A DNA stretch of 64,000 nucleotides from a virus. Its lineage: Duplodnaviria; Heunggongvirae; Uroviricota; Caudoviricetes. Shown here one piece after another: positions 27,542-37,800 of this stretch (positions are counted from its first letter, which is position 1; the number at the start of each line of letters is the position of its first letter). A model generated the notes under the pieces. It saw only the letters and a program-made list of their open reading frames with translations, was not told the DNA's origin and searched no databases. The stretch lies in IMG/VR virus record IMGVR_UViG_3300017650_000009. The stretch is one strand, 5' to 3'. The position numbers and the translations under genes are program-made.

Positions 27542-28369
27542 TCAATCATCCTGTTCCGATAGCAATGAGCTGATATCACCAATTGGGAGATCGGGATCAG
27601 CAATATTTTGAGCCGGCGTAGTTACGATTTCACGCATGAATGATTTCAAGCATGGATCTTGAAACTTACGCTTTAGTAGAGCAGCAAGGTTCATTTTCTT
27701 CTGGCGTAACATTGACTTAGCAATGCGATCGGTTTCCTCTTGAATCTTAGTCATAGCTTTGGCAATTTCCGCCATAAGCTTGGCAGTTGCCTGCTCAATA
27801 AGATCCAATACGGGTTGCAAATTATTCTTCATATCAGCGAGTGCTGCCATGATCTCTGCAATTATGTCCTGACCTGCTTGAAGTATTGAACCCATGATAT
27901 CACCGAAAGCCGCGCACGGGTTACTTCCCTGCAACTCACTTACGTTCATGCTAATTTCTTCTTTTACAATATCACTGATTGTTGGGAAATTCGCAAGTAA
28001 GCGATCAGTATGTTCTTTATATTCTTCCATGACCTCTTTTGCTTTTTCGAGATCAGCAATAACGTTGGGAATACTAGTCTGCCATTCATCAACTTCTGAT
28101 GGTGGGCGACTTCGTATTACTTCCTCAAGTAAATCTTGGATCGATCCTGTTACTTCATCAATGTCTGTGCCAACTTGATCCGTCTCACAAGCACGTGGAT
28201 TGATCATCACACCCGAATATGGATTTTGTGTGGGCATTGCACGAACCTGAGCACGAAACTCATCAAGTAGTGCCTCGGATGGTTCACCTTGATCCATAAG
28301 AGAAAAAAGGTCCATCACGTCGGGTGAACGTGATGGATTATATTCGTCACTGGAAAGTATTTCTTTCAT
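27542..28369 (-). CDS. hypothetical acidic protein
   Basis: ORF track. Confidence 0.4.
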   Translation of the reverse strand: MKEILSSDEYNPSRSPDVMDLFSLMDQGEPSEALLDEFRAQVRAMPTQNPYSGVMINPRACETDQVGTDIDEVTGSIQDLLEEVIRSRPPSEVDEWQTSIPNVIADLEKAKEVMEEYKEHTDRLLANFPTISDIVKEEISMNVSELQGSNPCAAFGDIMGSILQAGQDIIAEIMAALADMKNNLQPVLDLIEQATAKLMAEIAKAMTKIQEETDRIAKSMLRQKKMNLAALLKRKFQDPCLKSFMREIVTTPAQNIADPDLPIGDISSLLSEQDD

Positions 28370-28386
28370 GTTAGCTCCCTTGGGAA

Positions 28387-28749
28387 TTAACGACCGCGAC
28401 CTCCACGGCGTCCTACTCCCGATGAAATCTCTGTAGTCTTTGCCATTACTGTTTCTTCACCAACCGCGCTCGCATATTGCGAAGCTGCATCAGAACGTGC
28501 CTTTGTCAGTAATAGGACATTTTTCAAATCAATAGCAAGTGGAACATTTTCCTCTGCACCGAGAACCCATGGCGCAAATGCTACCATACCCTGGTTTCCA
28601 CTATCATCTGGAACCATAACCATCGCAAGAGGATTCTTAATCGTAATGGTTGCGCCCAAATGAGTTACGACACGAGCAAGTATCTCTTCGCCGGTAATAA
28701 GCTTCATTGTTACTACTGAATCGGTATAGTTGGTAGTTTCTACTAGCAT
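28387..28749 (-). CDS. hypothetical protein with RGG-rich tail (possible Sm-like / RNA-binding)
   Basis: C-terminus GVGRRGGRGR; beta-rich core. Confidence 0.35.
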   Translation of the reverse strand: MLVETTNYTDSVVTMKLITGEEILARVVTHLGATITIKNPLAMVMVPDDSGNQGMVAFAPWVLGAEENVPLAIDLKNVLLLTKARSDAASQYASAVGEETVMAKTTEISSGVGRRGGRGR

Positions 28750-28772
28750 GTTTTCCTCTAATATTTAATCCG

Positions 28773-29264
28773 TTATAATCTACGCTGTTTATCCTGAGCA
28801 ACGTATTCAATAAACTCTCGGTCAGTCATCATACCGATAATATCCGAGCTATTCATAATTTCGCCTATTATAGCATGGTCTGGTTTCAAAACTGAATAAT
28901 CAATTTTTATTTCACCACTAGCGGTATCAACAAGAACAAGTTCACCCGGCTCAAGATCATAACTCATTCCCTTTGCTTGTTTGATCAATATGGTTTCTTT
29001 TGTCCAACGATAAACAGGAAAGGTTGGAATCATATTTTGTTTATGGTTCTCTTGCATTTGATCTGCAATGGCTGTAGCTGTAACACTAGCGGTTTTGCCT
29101 CCGCGCTTGGCTAGCTCATGTAGAGCTTTGCGCACCCAAAGAGGCTGACCGCAATTATCTATATCTTCTGGGGACAATTCCGTTATACGATCCAATAGGT
29201 CTTGCTGCGCGGGTTTGCGATTGCAACGCATGAAGAATTCCACGGGTGACATTCCTGATCTCAT
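28773..29264 (-). CDS. hypothetical protein
   Basis: ORF track. Confidence 0.4.
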   Translation of the reverse strand: MRSGMSPVEFFMRCNRKPAQQDLLDRITELSPEDIDNCGQPLWVRKALHELAKRGGKTASVTATAIADQMQENHKQNMIPTFPVYRWTKETILIKQAKGMSYDLEPGELVLVDTASGEIKIDYSVLKPDHAIIGEIMNSSDIIGMMTDREFIEYVAQDKQRRL

Positions 29265-29363
29265 ATTAACCTCCGTTATAAACTAATTTATGCGGGTTAA
29301 ATTTTAATTTTGATTTCCGCATAAGTATGAGTACATAATGAGTAAACCAAATAAGAGGCAATT

Positions 29364-29624
29364 ATGTCACACGATTATATTAATTTGAAATTTTCCATTC
29401 TTCAGTTGGCTGCAACGCATCTGGAACATCATACAGATGTGGAAAAACTTCTAAAGATTGCAAAACAGCTTGAAGATCATATATTTGCAGGTACTGATCT
29501 ATCGGATAAGGTAGACTCCGAAGCTGCAAAACGTGCCGCTTTCCTCGCTTCACTTGATACCACAAGCCATTGCGGTAAAGGTAAAGAAGGTTGCGATGGT
29601 TCTGAAGGAACTTGCACATGCTAA
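29364..29624 (+). CDS. small Cys-rich hypothetical protein
   Basis: C-terminus HCGKGKEGCDGSEGTCTC. Confidence 0.35.
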   Translation: MSHDYINLKFSILQLAATHLEHHTDVEKLLKIAKQLEDHIFAGTDLSDKVDSEAAKRAAFLASLDTTSHCGKGKEGCDGSEGTCTC

Positions 29625-29910
29625 AGCTTATGCCAATGCTTGCTGATTTTTCTGAAATATCTCTCAATACGCATCACACTATTGCTGCGATAGAGGAAGA
29701 AGATACCATTCTGTTTTATAGAGAACAGAGGGACTTCAACAATGATACGCAAGTAGTTTTGGGACCATTCCTAACACTAGAACAAGCAATGTTTGGTATA
29801 AATCCAATTTAAAAGAACAAACACTGGCTCCAAAGGCTGGTGTTTTACTTTGCACTTGCAAATGTTGTTACAGCGTGTAATAGCTTTTGTATTAACCAAC
29901 GGGGGCTACC

Positions 29911-30426
29911 GTGTCGATGTTATTTCACTATGAAACCGCAAATCAAATCAAACGCGAAATGCAAGGGCGTGATGTGTTTGTGCGAATTATCAGGGGAAAG
30001 TTTACTGGTACAATTGCAAAAATCGTAAACATCAATACACCTAGTTTCCGTAAAGTCGAATATGTCATTGATATCGGACAAGCTAAGCCAGTCAAAATCT
30101 GTGGCACACTACTGGAACTGTCTGAGGAAACCAAGATCAATCGTATTTTCGATGCTGATCACATTTATGAGTTTTATGATTTTTGTGGTAGGCAGATCTT
30201 TGTTGGGCAAAATGTCATGGTATCTCTAGTTGGAGAAGCTGGTGGATCAGACATGGTTCTCGGTAAAGTAATCGAGTTACATATCGGGCATGTGCTAGTT
30301 GAACCGATTGGTGTAAATGGTAATTTTGGTAAATCAAAAAACCGTAAAGTGACAGCATCAAACCACTTGATGATTCTTGATGATCAAACATTGAAAAATG
30401 TTATGCTCGCAAAACTTAGCTCATAA
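29911..30426 (+). CDS. hypothetical protein
   Basis: ORF track. Confidence 0.4.
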   Translation: MSMLFHYETANQIKREMQGRDVFVRIIRGKFTGTIAKIVNINTPSFRKVEYVIDIGQAKPVKICGTLLELSEETKINRIFDADHIYEFYDFCGRQIFVGQNVMVSLVGEAGGSDMVLGKVIELHIGHVLVEPIGVNGNFGKSKNRKVTASNHLMILDDQTLKNVMLAKLSS

Positions 30427-30485
30427 TAATTATTGACATTCACGGTAAGCCAAGTTAAGGCTCGAATAAACTTAAGGAGTTTACC

Positions 30486-31115
30486 GTGTTTGCATTTCTT
30501 ATCGCTGACGAATATCTCGTCTTCAGTTGCGCACTAGCCGTGTCTTTGGCTTTTATCGCGCTCGAGTTAGCTGGAACATTTATCGGCTTCTCATTTTTCT
30601 CAGATACCCATGCGGATCATGATTTCGACCTATCCGGTGATAGCTTCTTCGCCAGCATTAGTGCGGGTATGCGTTGGATGGGATTTGGTAAAGTGCCACT
30701 CCTTGCACATTTAATCTTGCTTGCGGGATTGTTTGGTCTTATAGGGATGGTTCTACTCCATATTATCTATGGAGCAACTGGATTATATTTGAGTAACTGG
30801 GCTGCGGTGCCAATTGCTCTTATTGGAACAGTTTTTCTTTCAAATCGTTTTACCGCACTTGTGGTTAAAATCATCCCCACGGATGAAACCAACGCAATCA
30901 GTGTATCGGAACTAGTTGGTTATGAAGCAACTATTAGTGTGGGTAAGGCAACCCATACGATGCCGGCTCCTGCCAACACCGTTGACAAATACGGTACACA
31001 ACATAATTTCATGGTCTGCGCACTTGATGCAGGCACTGAACTAAACGAACGCACAAAGGTACGCCTTGTCAGTCTTACTGATAATGGTTATTTTTATGCA
31101 ACACCTTTGAATTAA
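30486..31115 (+). CDS. NfeD-like membrane protein (partner of SPFH proteins)
   Basis: N-terminal TM helices + C-terminal OB-like beta domain; immediately upstream of flotillin; GTG start after SD aaggag. Confidence 0.5.
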   Translation: MFAFLIADEYLVFSCALAVSLAFIALELAGTFIGFSFFSDTHADHDFDLSGDSFFASISAGMRWMGFGKVPLLAHLILLAGLFGLIGMVLLHIIYGATGLYLSNWAAVPIALIGTVFLSNRFTALVVKIIPTDETNAISVSELVGYEATISVGKATHTMPAPANTVDKYGTQHNFMVCALDAGTELNERTKVRLVSLTDNGYFYATPLN

Positions 31116-31133
31116 CAGAAGGATCTGCCTTTA

Positions 31134-32888
31134 ATGGAAAATATCATCTTTATGGCAATTGTTGCTCTAGTAGCAATTCTAGTCGTTGGCGTTTTTGGTT
31201 TTATCGTTGCTCGGCTTTATAAGCGCGCTTCGAAGGAAACAGCTTTTGTACGTACTGGTGCTGGTGGTCAGAAAGTCGTCAAGGACGGCGGTGCCCTCAT
31301 TATTCCGGTTCTGCATGATACACTTGATATCAATATGCAGACACTCAAGCTGGAAGTTTCTCGTACTGGCCAAGACGCACTTATTACGCATGATCGTATG
31401 CGTACGGATGTTACCGCAACATTCTTCGTTCGTGTCAAGCCGGATAATGATGCAATTGCACAGGCCGCACAGACCCTTGGTCGCCGGACTCAGAACCCAG
31501 ACCTTCTCAAGGCTGTTATTGAAGATAAGTTCATCGATGCTTTGCGTTCGGTTGCTTCTTCGATGGAACTGAAGGACTTGCATGAAAAGCGTTCGGACTT
31601 CGTGCAGAAGGTTAAGACCACTGTTGAAGAAGATCTGAAGACTAATGGTCTCGAACTTGAATCGGTCTCTTTGACTCGTTTGGATCAGACGGATCAGAAG
31701 TTCTTGAATCCAAACAATGCGTTCGATGCTGAAGGTCTCACCAATCTTGCAAAGATCACGCAGGAAAAGGCTCGCGAACGTAACGAAATCGAGCAGACCG
31801 CTCGCGTTGCTATTGAGAAGCGCAACTTCGAAGCGAACCAGGAATCGCTCGCGATCCGCCAGTCTGATGAGTTCGCCCGTCTTGATCAGGAACGTCAGGT
31901 TGAAACTCGCAAGGCCGAGCAGGAAGCTCAGCTTGCCCAGCAGCGCGCCGATCGCAAGCGTGAAGCCGATGTTGCGGCAATCGAAGCTGAAAAGCAAACT
32001 GAACTTGCTCGTACAACGTCAAACCAGGAAACTGCATTGGCTCGCACCGAAGCAAATAAGCGTCAGAAGGAAGCTGAAATTACCGCAAACCAGCAGCTTC
32101 GTATTGCTGAGCAGAACCAACAGATTGCTTTGAACGCTAAGTCTGAGGAAGAATCCAAGTCTCGTGCTATCGCGGATACTGAACGTGCAAATGCTGTTGC
32201 GGCTGCAGAATCGGTTAAGACTGCAGAAGCTGTCGCAACGGCGGAACGTTTGAAGCGCGTTGCGATCATCGAAGCCGAACAGGAAGCTGGCCGCAAGGCT
32301 ACCGAAATTACGGTTCAGGCAAAGGCTGAATTCGAAGCTTCGGATCTTCGTACAAAGGCACGTCTCAAGGACGCCGAAGCACGTGAGCGTGAGCTTACTG
32401 TTGAAGCTGAAGGTAAGCTCAAGATCAACGAAGCTGAAAACTCCTTGAGCCCTGAACAGATTGCACTTCGTCTTCGTACAACTGTTGTGCAGGCACTTCC
32501 TGGTATTCTCGAGCAGATGGTTGCTCCAATGAAGGCAGTCAAGGACGCACGTATCGTTACGATCAACGGTACGGGTGTTGGTGGTGCGGTCGCAGGTGGC
32601 ACTACTGGTTCGAATACTACTTCGGTTCCAGAGCAGCTTACCAATTCGTTGCTCAACTACCGTTCACAGGCCCCACTTGCTGATGCTCTTGGTAAGCTTG
32701 TTGGTATGAACCTCAATGGTTCGCTCAACGATATCATCCCTGATGATCTTCTAAGCGGTGAAGATGGTTTGCTTGCTCCGGTAGCGGCTGTGGCTCAGGT
32801 TGCTGACACAAAGACCAATACCGTACAGAAGGAAGACCAGGAACTGAAGAATATTCAGCACTTGGCTGGTATCGACACTAAGAAGTAA
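31134..32888 (+). CDS. flotillin-like SPFH/band-7 protein (FloT/YqiK-like)
   Basis: N-terminal TM, SPFH core (YKRASKETAFVRTGAGGQKVV...), long Ala/Glu-rich coiled coil with EA repeats. Confidence 0.75.
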   Translation: MENIIFMAIVALVAILVVGVFGFIVARLYKRASKETAFVRTGAGGQKVVKDGGALIIPVLHDTLDINMQTLKLEVSRTGQDALITHDRMRTDVTATFFVRVKPDNDAIAQAAQTLGRRTQNPDLLKAVIEDKFIDALRSVASSMELKDLHEKRSDFVQKVKTTVEEDLKTNGLELESVSLTRLDQTDQKFLNPNNAFDAEGLTNLAKITQEKARERNEIEQTARVAIEKRNFEANQESLAIRQSDEFARLDQERQVETRKAEQEAQLAQQRADRKREADVAAIEAEKQTELARTTSNQETALARTEANKRQKEAEITANQQLRIAEQNQQIALNAKSEEESKSRAIADTERANAVAAAESVKTAEAVATAERLKRVAIIEAEQEAGRKATEITVQAKAEFEASDLRTKARLKDAEARERELTVEAEGKLKINEAENSLSPEQIALRLRTTVVQALPGILEQMVAPMKAVKDARIVTINGTGVGGAVAGGTTGSNTTSVPEQLTNSLLNYRSQAPLADALGKLVGMNLNGSLNDIIPDDLLSGEDGLLAPVAAVAQVADTKTNTVQKEDQELKNIQHLAGIDTKK

Positions 32889-32903
32889 TTCTTAGTTTTA
32901 CGG

Positions 32904-32930
32904 AAAAGGGGACTTCGGTCCCCTTTTTGT
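32904..32930 (+). terminator. rho-independent terminator
   Basis: aaggggac-ttcg-gtcccctt + tttg. Confidence 0.6.
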
Positions 32931-32961
32931 TTGACTTTTTACCAAAACAAAGCTAAAAGGG

Positions 32962-33690
32962 ATGAAATCGAAGGAGATACCTGTGGGTTATATTAAGCAA
33001 AAAGGATTAAAAATGAACCAAGCCATGAACATCATTTATAGCTTGGTTGCCGGCTTTAGTGTCGGGGTATCAATCTTCTTCGGTGTGTTTCTTACATTCG
33101 GTGTGGGCATTGGCCCCTTTATGATTGCAGCTATGGGCGGTGCAATCGGTATGATTCTCACCACTGCTTATGTTTGTGATAAACTCCATAACTTGCAATG
33201 GAATAAAGAACGTAAAGAAAAAGATCTCGCACTAACGTACCAGGAGTTCAATGGACTCGAAGGTCTTTCGGGTGTGGATGTGGAAGCATTCCGAAACACG
33301 ATTCTAGAAGCTCGCAAAAAGCAATCAAAAATCCAATCCATGTATGTGCATTTGCATTTGCAAAAGGATGCCAAAATCATTCTAGCAGCATCAGCTATTG
33401 CAATTTTCATGGGAGAAATTCTAGCGTATGTGAAGAAAGAACCACAGAACTATCGTGCTGTTCACAAATGGCTTGATGTATATGCGGATCAAACAATTAA
33501 CATTTTGGAACAATATGCGGATATTCACGTAGATGCGCGTGATAAGGTTCGTGACAAATTCACCGATACCATTGTGCTGGTTAAAGATAACTTGCAATCG
33601 ACTATGGAATCGCTTACAGATAACACGATTGACAATTTACAAATTGATCTGGAACTTCTTCAGGATCAAATGAAACAGTACACGCGATAA
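32962..33690 (+). CDS. membrane protein (2 TM) with cytoplasmic helical domain
   Basis: Hydrophobic segments near residues 20-70. Confidence 0.4.
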   Translation: MKSKEIPVGYIKQKGLKMNQAMNIIYSLVAGFSVGVSIFFGVFLTFGVGIGPFMIAAMGGAIGMILTTAYVCDKLHNLQWNKERKEKDLALTYQEFNGLEGLSGVDVEAFRNTILEARKKQSKIQSMYVHLHLQKDAKIILAASAIAIFMGEILAYVKKEPQNYRAVHKWLDVYADQTINILEQYADIHVDARDKVRDKFTDTIVLVKDNLQSTMESLTDNTIDNLQIDLELLQDQMKQYTR

Positions 33691-33700
33691 GGAGCACGAA

Positions 33701-34789
33701 ATGAAAGTAACCAAAATCAAAGACACTGAGCTGGATTTGCTACCGATCACAAGTGATCCCAATGGTATCGATTTATCGAAGGTTCCAGCAATCCGTGATG
33801 GTCTTGATATTACGAAAACCAACGATATTATTGGTTTTGGTTCCGGTGCTCAGAAGAAGGTTACCGACATCAGCCGCAAAATGCTTGAAGGCGTGAAGTC
33901 CAAGGATACTGGCGTTGTCGGTGGGCTGCTCGTCGATATGGTTACATCTATGCGTGGCCTTGATTTCGACAAAGTCAAGCCTGGATCAAAGGTTGGATTC
34001 CTCGGCAAGCTTTTGGGTCGTTTGACTCCAGTGGCCAAGTTTATTCAGCAGTACGAGGGTATCTCTTCACACATTTCAGTTGTGGTTGCTGATCTTGAAA
34101 CCAACAAAGTCGCCCTTATGCGCGACGTGAAGGTTCTTGATCGTCTTTATGCGACGACACTTACGTATTTCCATGAACTTGCCGCCTACATTGAAGCGGG
34201 GACACAAAAGCTTGAACAGCTTGATAAAACGGAAATCCCAGCCCTGAAAGCTATAGCTGAAAAGTCCGGGGATATGCTGGATGCACAGAAAGTTCAGGAC
34301 CTTGTTCATGCACGTGATATGCTTGACCGAAAGGTGCACGACCTAAAGCTAACACGCCAAGTCGTCATGCAAAGCCTACCAAGTATTCGCATGGTTCAGC
34401 AGAACGATACTGATTTGATTGAAAAGATCAATTCACAAATCACCAACACCATTCCGGCATGGGAACAGCAATTGGCCCTTGCTGTTGCTATGTGGCGTTC
34501 AGCTGATGCGACAAAAACAACTCGTGCGGTTTCGGATTATTCCAATGAATTGATCAAGCAAAATGCAAAAATGCTGCGCCAGTCAAATGCGGAAGCACGT
34601 ACGGAAATCGAACGTGGCATCTATGATGTTGAAGCAATCAAGGCAGCAAATGAAGAATTGATTGCAGCCATTGGTGAATCCATTGCTATCGCTAATGCAG
34701 GCAAAGAAAAGCGCTTGCAAGCATCAGCAGAACTCATCGAGTGTGAGAATAAGCTTCGTGATGTCTTAGCGAGCGCTTCTACTAATTAA
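33701..34789 (+). CDS. TelA/KlaB-like toxic-anion-resistance family protein (tentative)
   Basis: 362 aa, helical; conserved-looking N-terminal region GFGSGAQKKV...; size and context (with SPFH/NfeD) like Bacillus YceH. Confidence 0.45.
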   Translation: MKVTKIKDTELDLLPITSDPNGIDLSKVPAIRDGLDITKTNDIIGFGSGAQKKVTDISRKMLEGVKSKDTGVVGGLLVDMVTSMRGLDFDKVKPGSKVGFLGKLLGRLTPVAKFIQQYEGISSHISVVVADLETNKVALMRDVKVLDRLYATTLTYFHELAAYIEAGTQKLEQLDKTEIPALKAIAEKSGDMLDAQKVQDLVHARDMLDRKVHDLKLTRQVVMQSLPSIRMVQQNDTDLIEKINSQITNTIPAWEQQLALAVAMWRSADATKTTRAVSDYSNELIKQNAKMLRQSNAEARTEIERGIYDVEAIKAANEELIAAIGESIAIANAGKEKRLQASAELIECENKLRDVLASASTN

Positions 34790-34796
34790 GTTAGTT

Positions 34797-34826
34797 CCTA
34801 AGCCGTGGGATTACCACGGCTTAGGA
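34797..34826. terminator. bidirectional hairpin between convergent genes
   Basis: cctaagccgtgg-gatta-ccacggcttagg. Confidence 0.5.
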
Positions 34827-37800
34827 GTTTTAGGTGGTTCATTCGGATCCGGTGTTGATGGAGGAAGAATAGTACATTCACCAATCGTACGAGCATCCTT
34901 ATATACACAAATCATTGTACCACCACGAGGAGGCAAGAAGCTCTTTCCAACACTAGATAGTGCATCAGTAGTTTTACTTTTAGCTCCCTCAGGCGATTTT
35001 CCAGTTTCAGTATAATGAATCTTAAACGTGCGGATTTTTTCCTCACCCGTATAGATATCGTATGCTCGAGCCTGGAACGTAATAGTTGTTGGGCCCTCAG
35101 GTGGAGTTGTATTGATAGTTCCACCATTACGTTTTTCACGAGCATTGTTAACCATGTCCGGAGACAAGAACGTCAACTCACCCTGGAACCAAGCGTCCGC
35201 AGCTTTTGATATTGGTTGCATATTTTCGTCTTTCTCTCCAGTTTGGAAGAAGAATTTCCATTCATCCATATGCTTGCGAATATCTAGCACACCATATTGT
35301 GCACCCGCCATTGGAACCACCGTGCTATCACGCAGTGGGTTTCTCACTCGACGATCCACATTACCCGATACATATCCAACTGAATCATATTCATCCCAAA
35401 TTTTGGTACTTTTTGGTTTACGAATTTTATCGTTATTGAATAGTTCCCAATTCATATATTCCGGTGTTAGCTTTGGTCTCGAAGCCGCAGCAAATGCACC
35501 ATAATAATCTGTTCCCGGGAATTGAACAATATAATTTCCTAATTGATATGGATCAGTTGATGTTGGTTTAAAATATTGATTTGTAAACATTGCATCTTCA
35601 ACGTTATCCATAGGAGATGTTAGGAACAAATTACCACGCCCACAATTGGCATCTGCATTCATTGCTTTTAGAATACTTGTAGTATAGGTTGTTCCATTCG
35701 GATCACGCTGAGAAATCAAACATTTCGGAGCCGTTAATAGCCAACTAGTACGCTCCTTGCCGGGGGAAACAAATGGATCAAATCTACTATACACTTTTGT
35801 ACCAATGGTATTCATAATGTCAATACGAACATAAAGACGATTGGTATAAAATTTGATAGTGAATTTTTGTTTGAATGGCATCCAAAATTCATTTGGCCCA
35901 ATCCAAGTGAAAGGATCGACATTATAAGCTTCTGTATGTGGGTTTGGTTGTGGAATATATGTTTCGTCAGGCTGTTTAACCCAAACATTATTGGATTCCT
36001 TATCAAAAACCACACGCGGTGGCGGCCAAGGCCATTCCTCTCTTGTATTTTCGATAGCAGGAAGGAAATCATATTCCTTGATAATTGGATCCAATTTACC
36101 ATCCCATGTGCCCTTTTCAGGTGCGAGTTGACCTGCGGCATCACTAATGAAAGTTCCATTAGGTGTTCGATAACAAGTACGTGGATCTCCAGTTGGAGGA
36201 GGAGCATCCCAACCCACAGTTGGCTTACCAACACGAACGCTATAATTATTTGCTACAATCTCACCATAGCTTGCTGGTTGATTAATCTTTGTGTTCTTAT
36301 CATTGTAATAGATGAAATCTTTAAGTTGAGATCCGTTGACTTCAATCGAATCAACACGGATGAAACGACGACTTGCACCCTTCACTTTATAGTTTGTCTG
36401 GACAATACCAATTGTAGTATTTGGACCCAAAGTACCCTCATATGTGAAGATGAATTGCTTTGAACCAACTTGATCAGCTTTAAGTCCATCGAACGATTTC
36501 TTTTCCAATCGTTTATTATCAACAATAAGGGCAAACTCAGGAACTCCGTCATATTCCCAACCAGTAATTTTTGCATAGATTACATTTACATTGGTTTTGA
36601 TATTCGGGACACTAGTTACCACTTGACATGTACCCTCAGGTGGCATGTCGATAATGAATGGAAGGATTTCCCATGTCAACACACCGTCACGCTTTACTGC
36701 CACTACAGTTACTGGTTGCTCAGCATTCGGGACGTGTATGATTTCGCCTTCTTCTTCAGGTTCAGGCAAAGTACGACCTTCAATTTCAGCGAATAGCCCG
36801 CACTTGCCCTTGAGCTGCCATTGACCATCAAACCCCATGACATACGAACATCCAGTAAGCGGGATAACATTATAATTATCATCAACTGGTGGGTGTTCAA
36901 TTGGCTTCAAGTGAACACGAACAATAAGATCACCCAACACACATTTGTTCTTTTGCGTACATACGTCGAACATAACGTGTTCCCAAATCGGAGTCTTATC
37001 TTCCTCACAATGATGAACTAACTTTACACGGCCTGCATTGACATCGGCTTGCGTAAACTGTGGCGGGACAACTTCAATGTGAGGATTGCCGTTTGTAAAC
37101 TCGAGTGTTTTTTCTATATTCCAAGTATATGTAATTTGATCCGGATTTGAACCAAACTCAACGGTATGTTTGAGGTTATCCTCAGTAAGAGTTATCTCCT
37201 CACATTCATTCATCGACGCTGTATTATTAACGACTTCGGGATAAGGCCATTCACGAACCTTAACATCGAAACGACCCCAAGTACATTTGTTGACATTTGC
37301 ACATGCATTGAAGAAAAAGCTAACTAGCTCATCAGGACCTATAAATTGCCCTTCAATGCAAACTTTTCCCTCATCAAGATCTGAATGCGTAAATGTATCT
37401 CCTTCTTTCATTGGTGCGCCATTTAGCTTATAAATGGCTCTGGCTGGAAATTTCTCTGAACCTTTATCAACATGTTCAATAGTGTATGTAATTGGAAAAC
37501 GTTCAAACAATGGATCGGCACGGGGATCAGTAGGTTCTTCACCCTCTGGTGGCAATACCTTAAAATTCAAATTTGTTAAACGAGCATTATTCTGAGATAG
37601 TGCACCAAAACCATATTGAGATTGACCTGCGAACGGTCCACTCAAAGTATAAGTTAGAAGGGTTGAATCATCAAGCTCTGTGCTTCCAAATTGACTACAA
37701 CGCGCTGTAAGGGTATTTCCCTTACGTATGATTTCAACAGCCGTTTCTCCTAAAGATGGCCAAGATTCATTCTTTGTATTGTTATGGTGATTTGGCGCAC

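Noticed and set aside
31179-32656. ORFs 31179-31997 (-), 31186-31572 (+), 31717-32133 (+), 32315-32656 (-) and others inside the flotillin gene
   Set aside because: Overlap a well-supported SPFH coding frame; driven by its Ala/Glu codon repeats.
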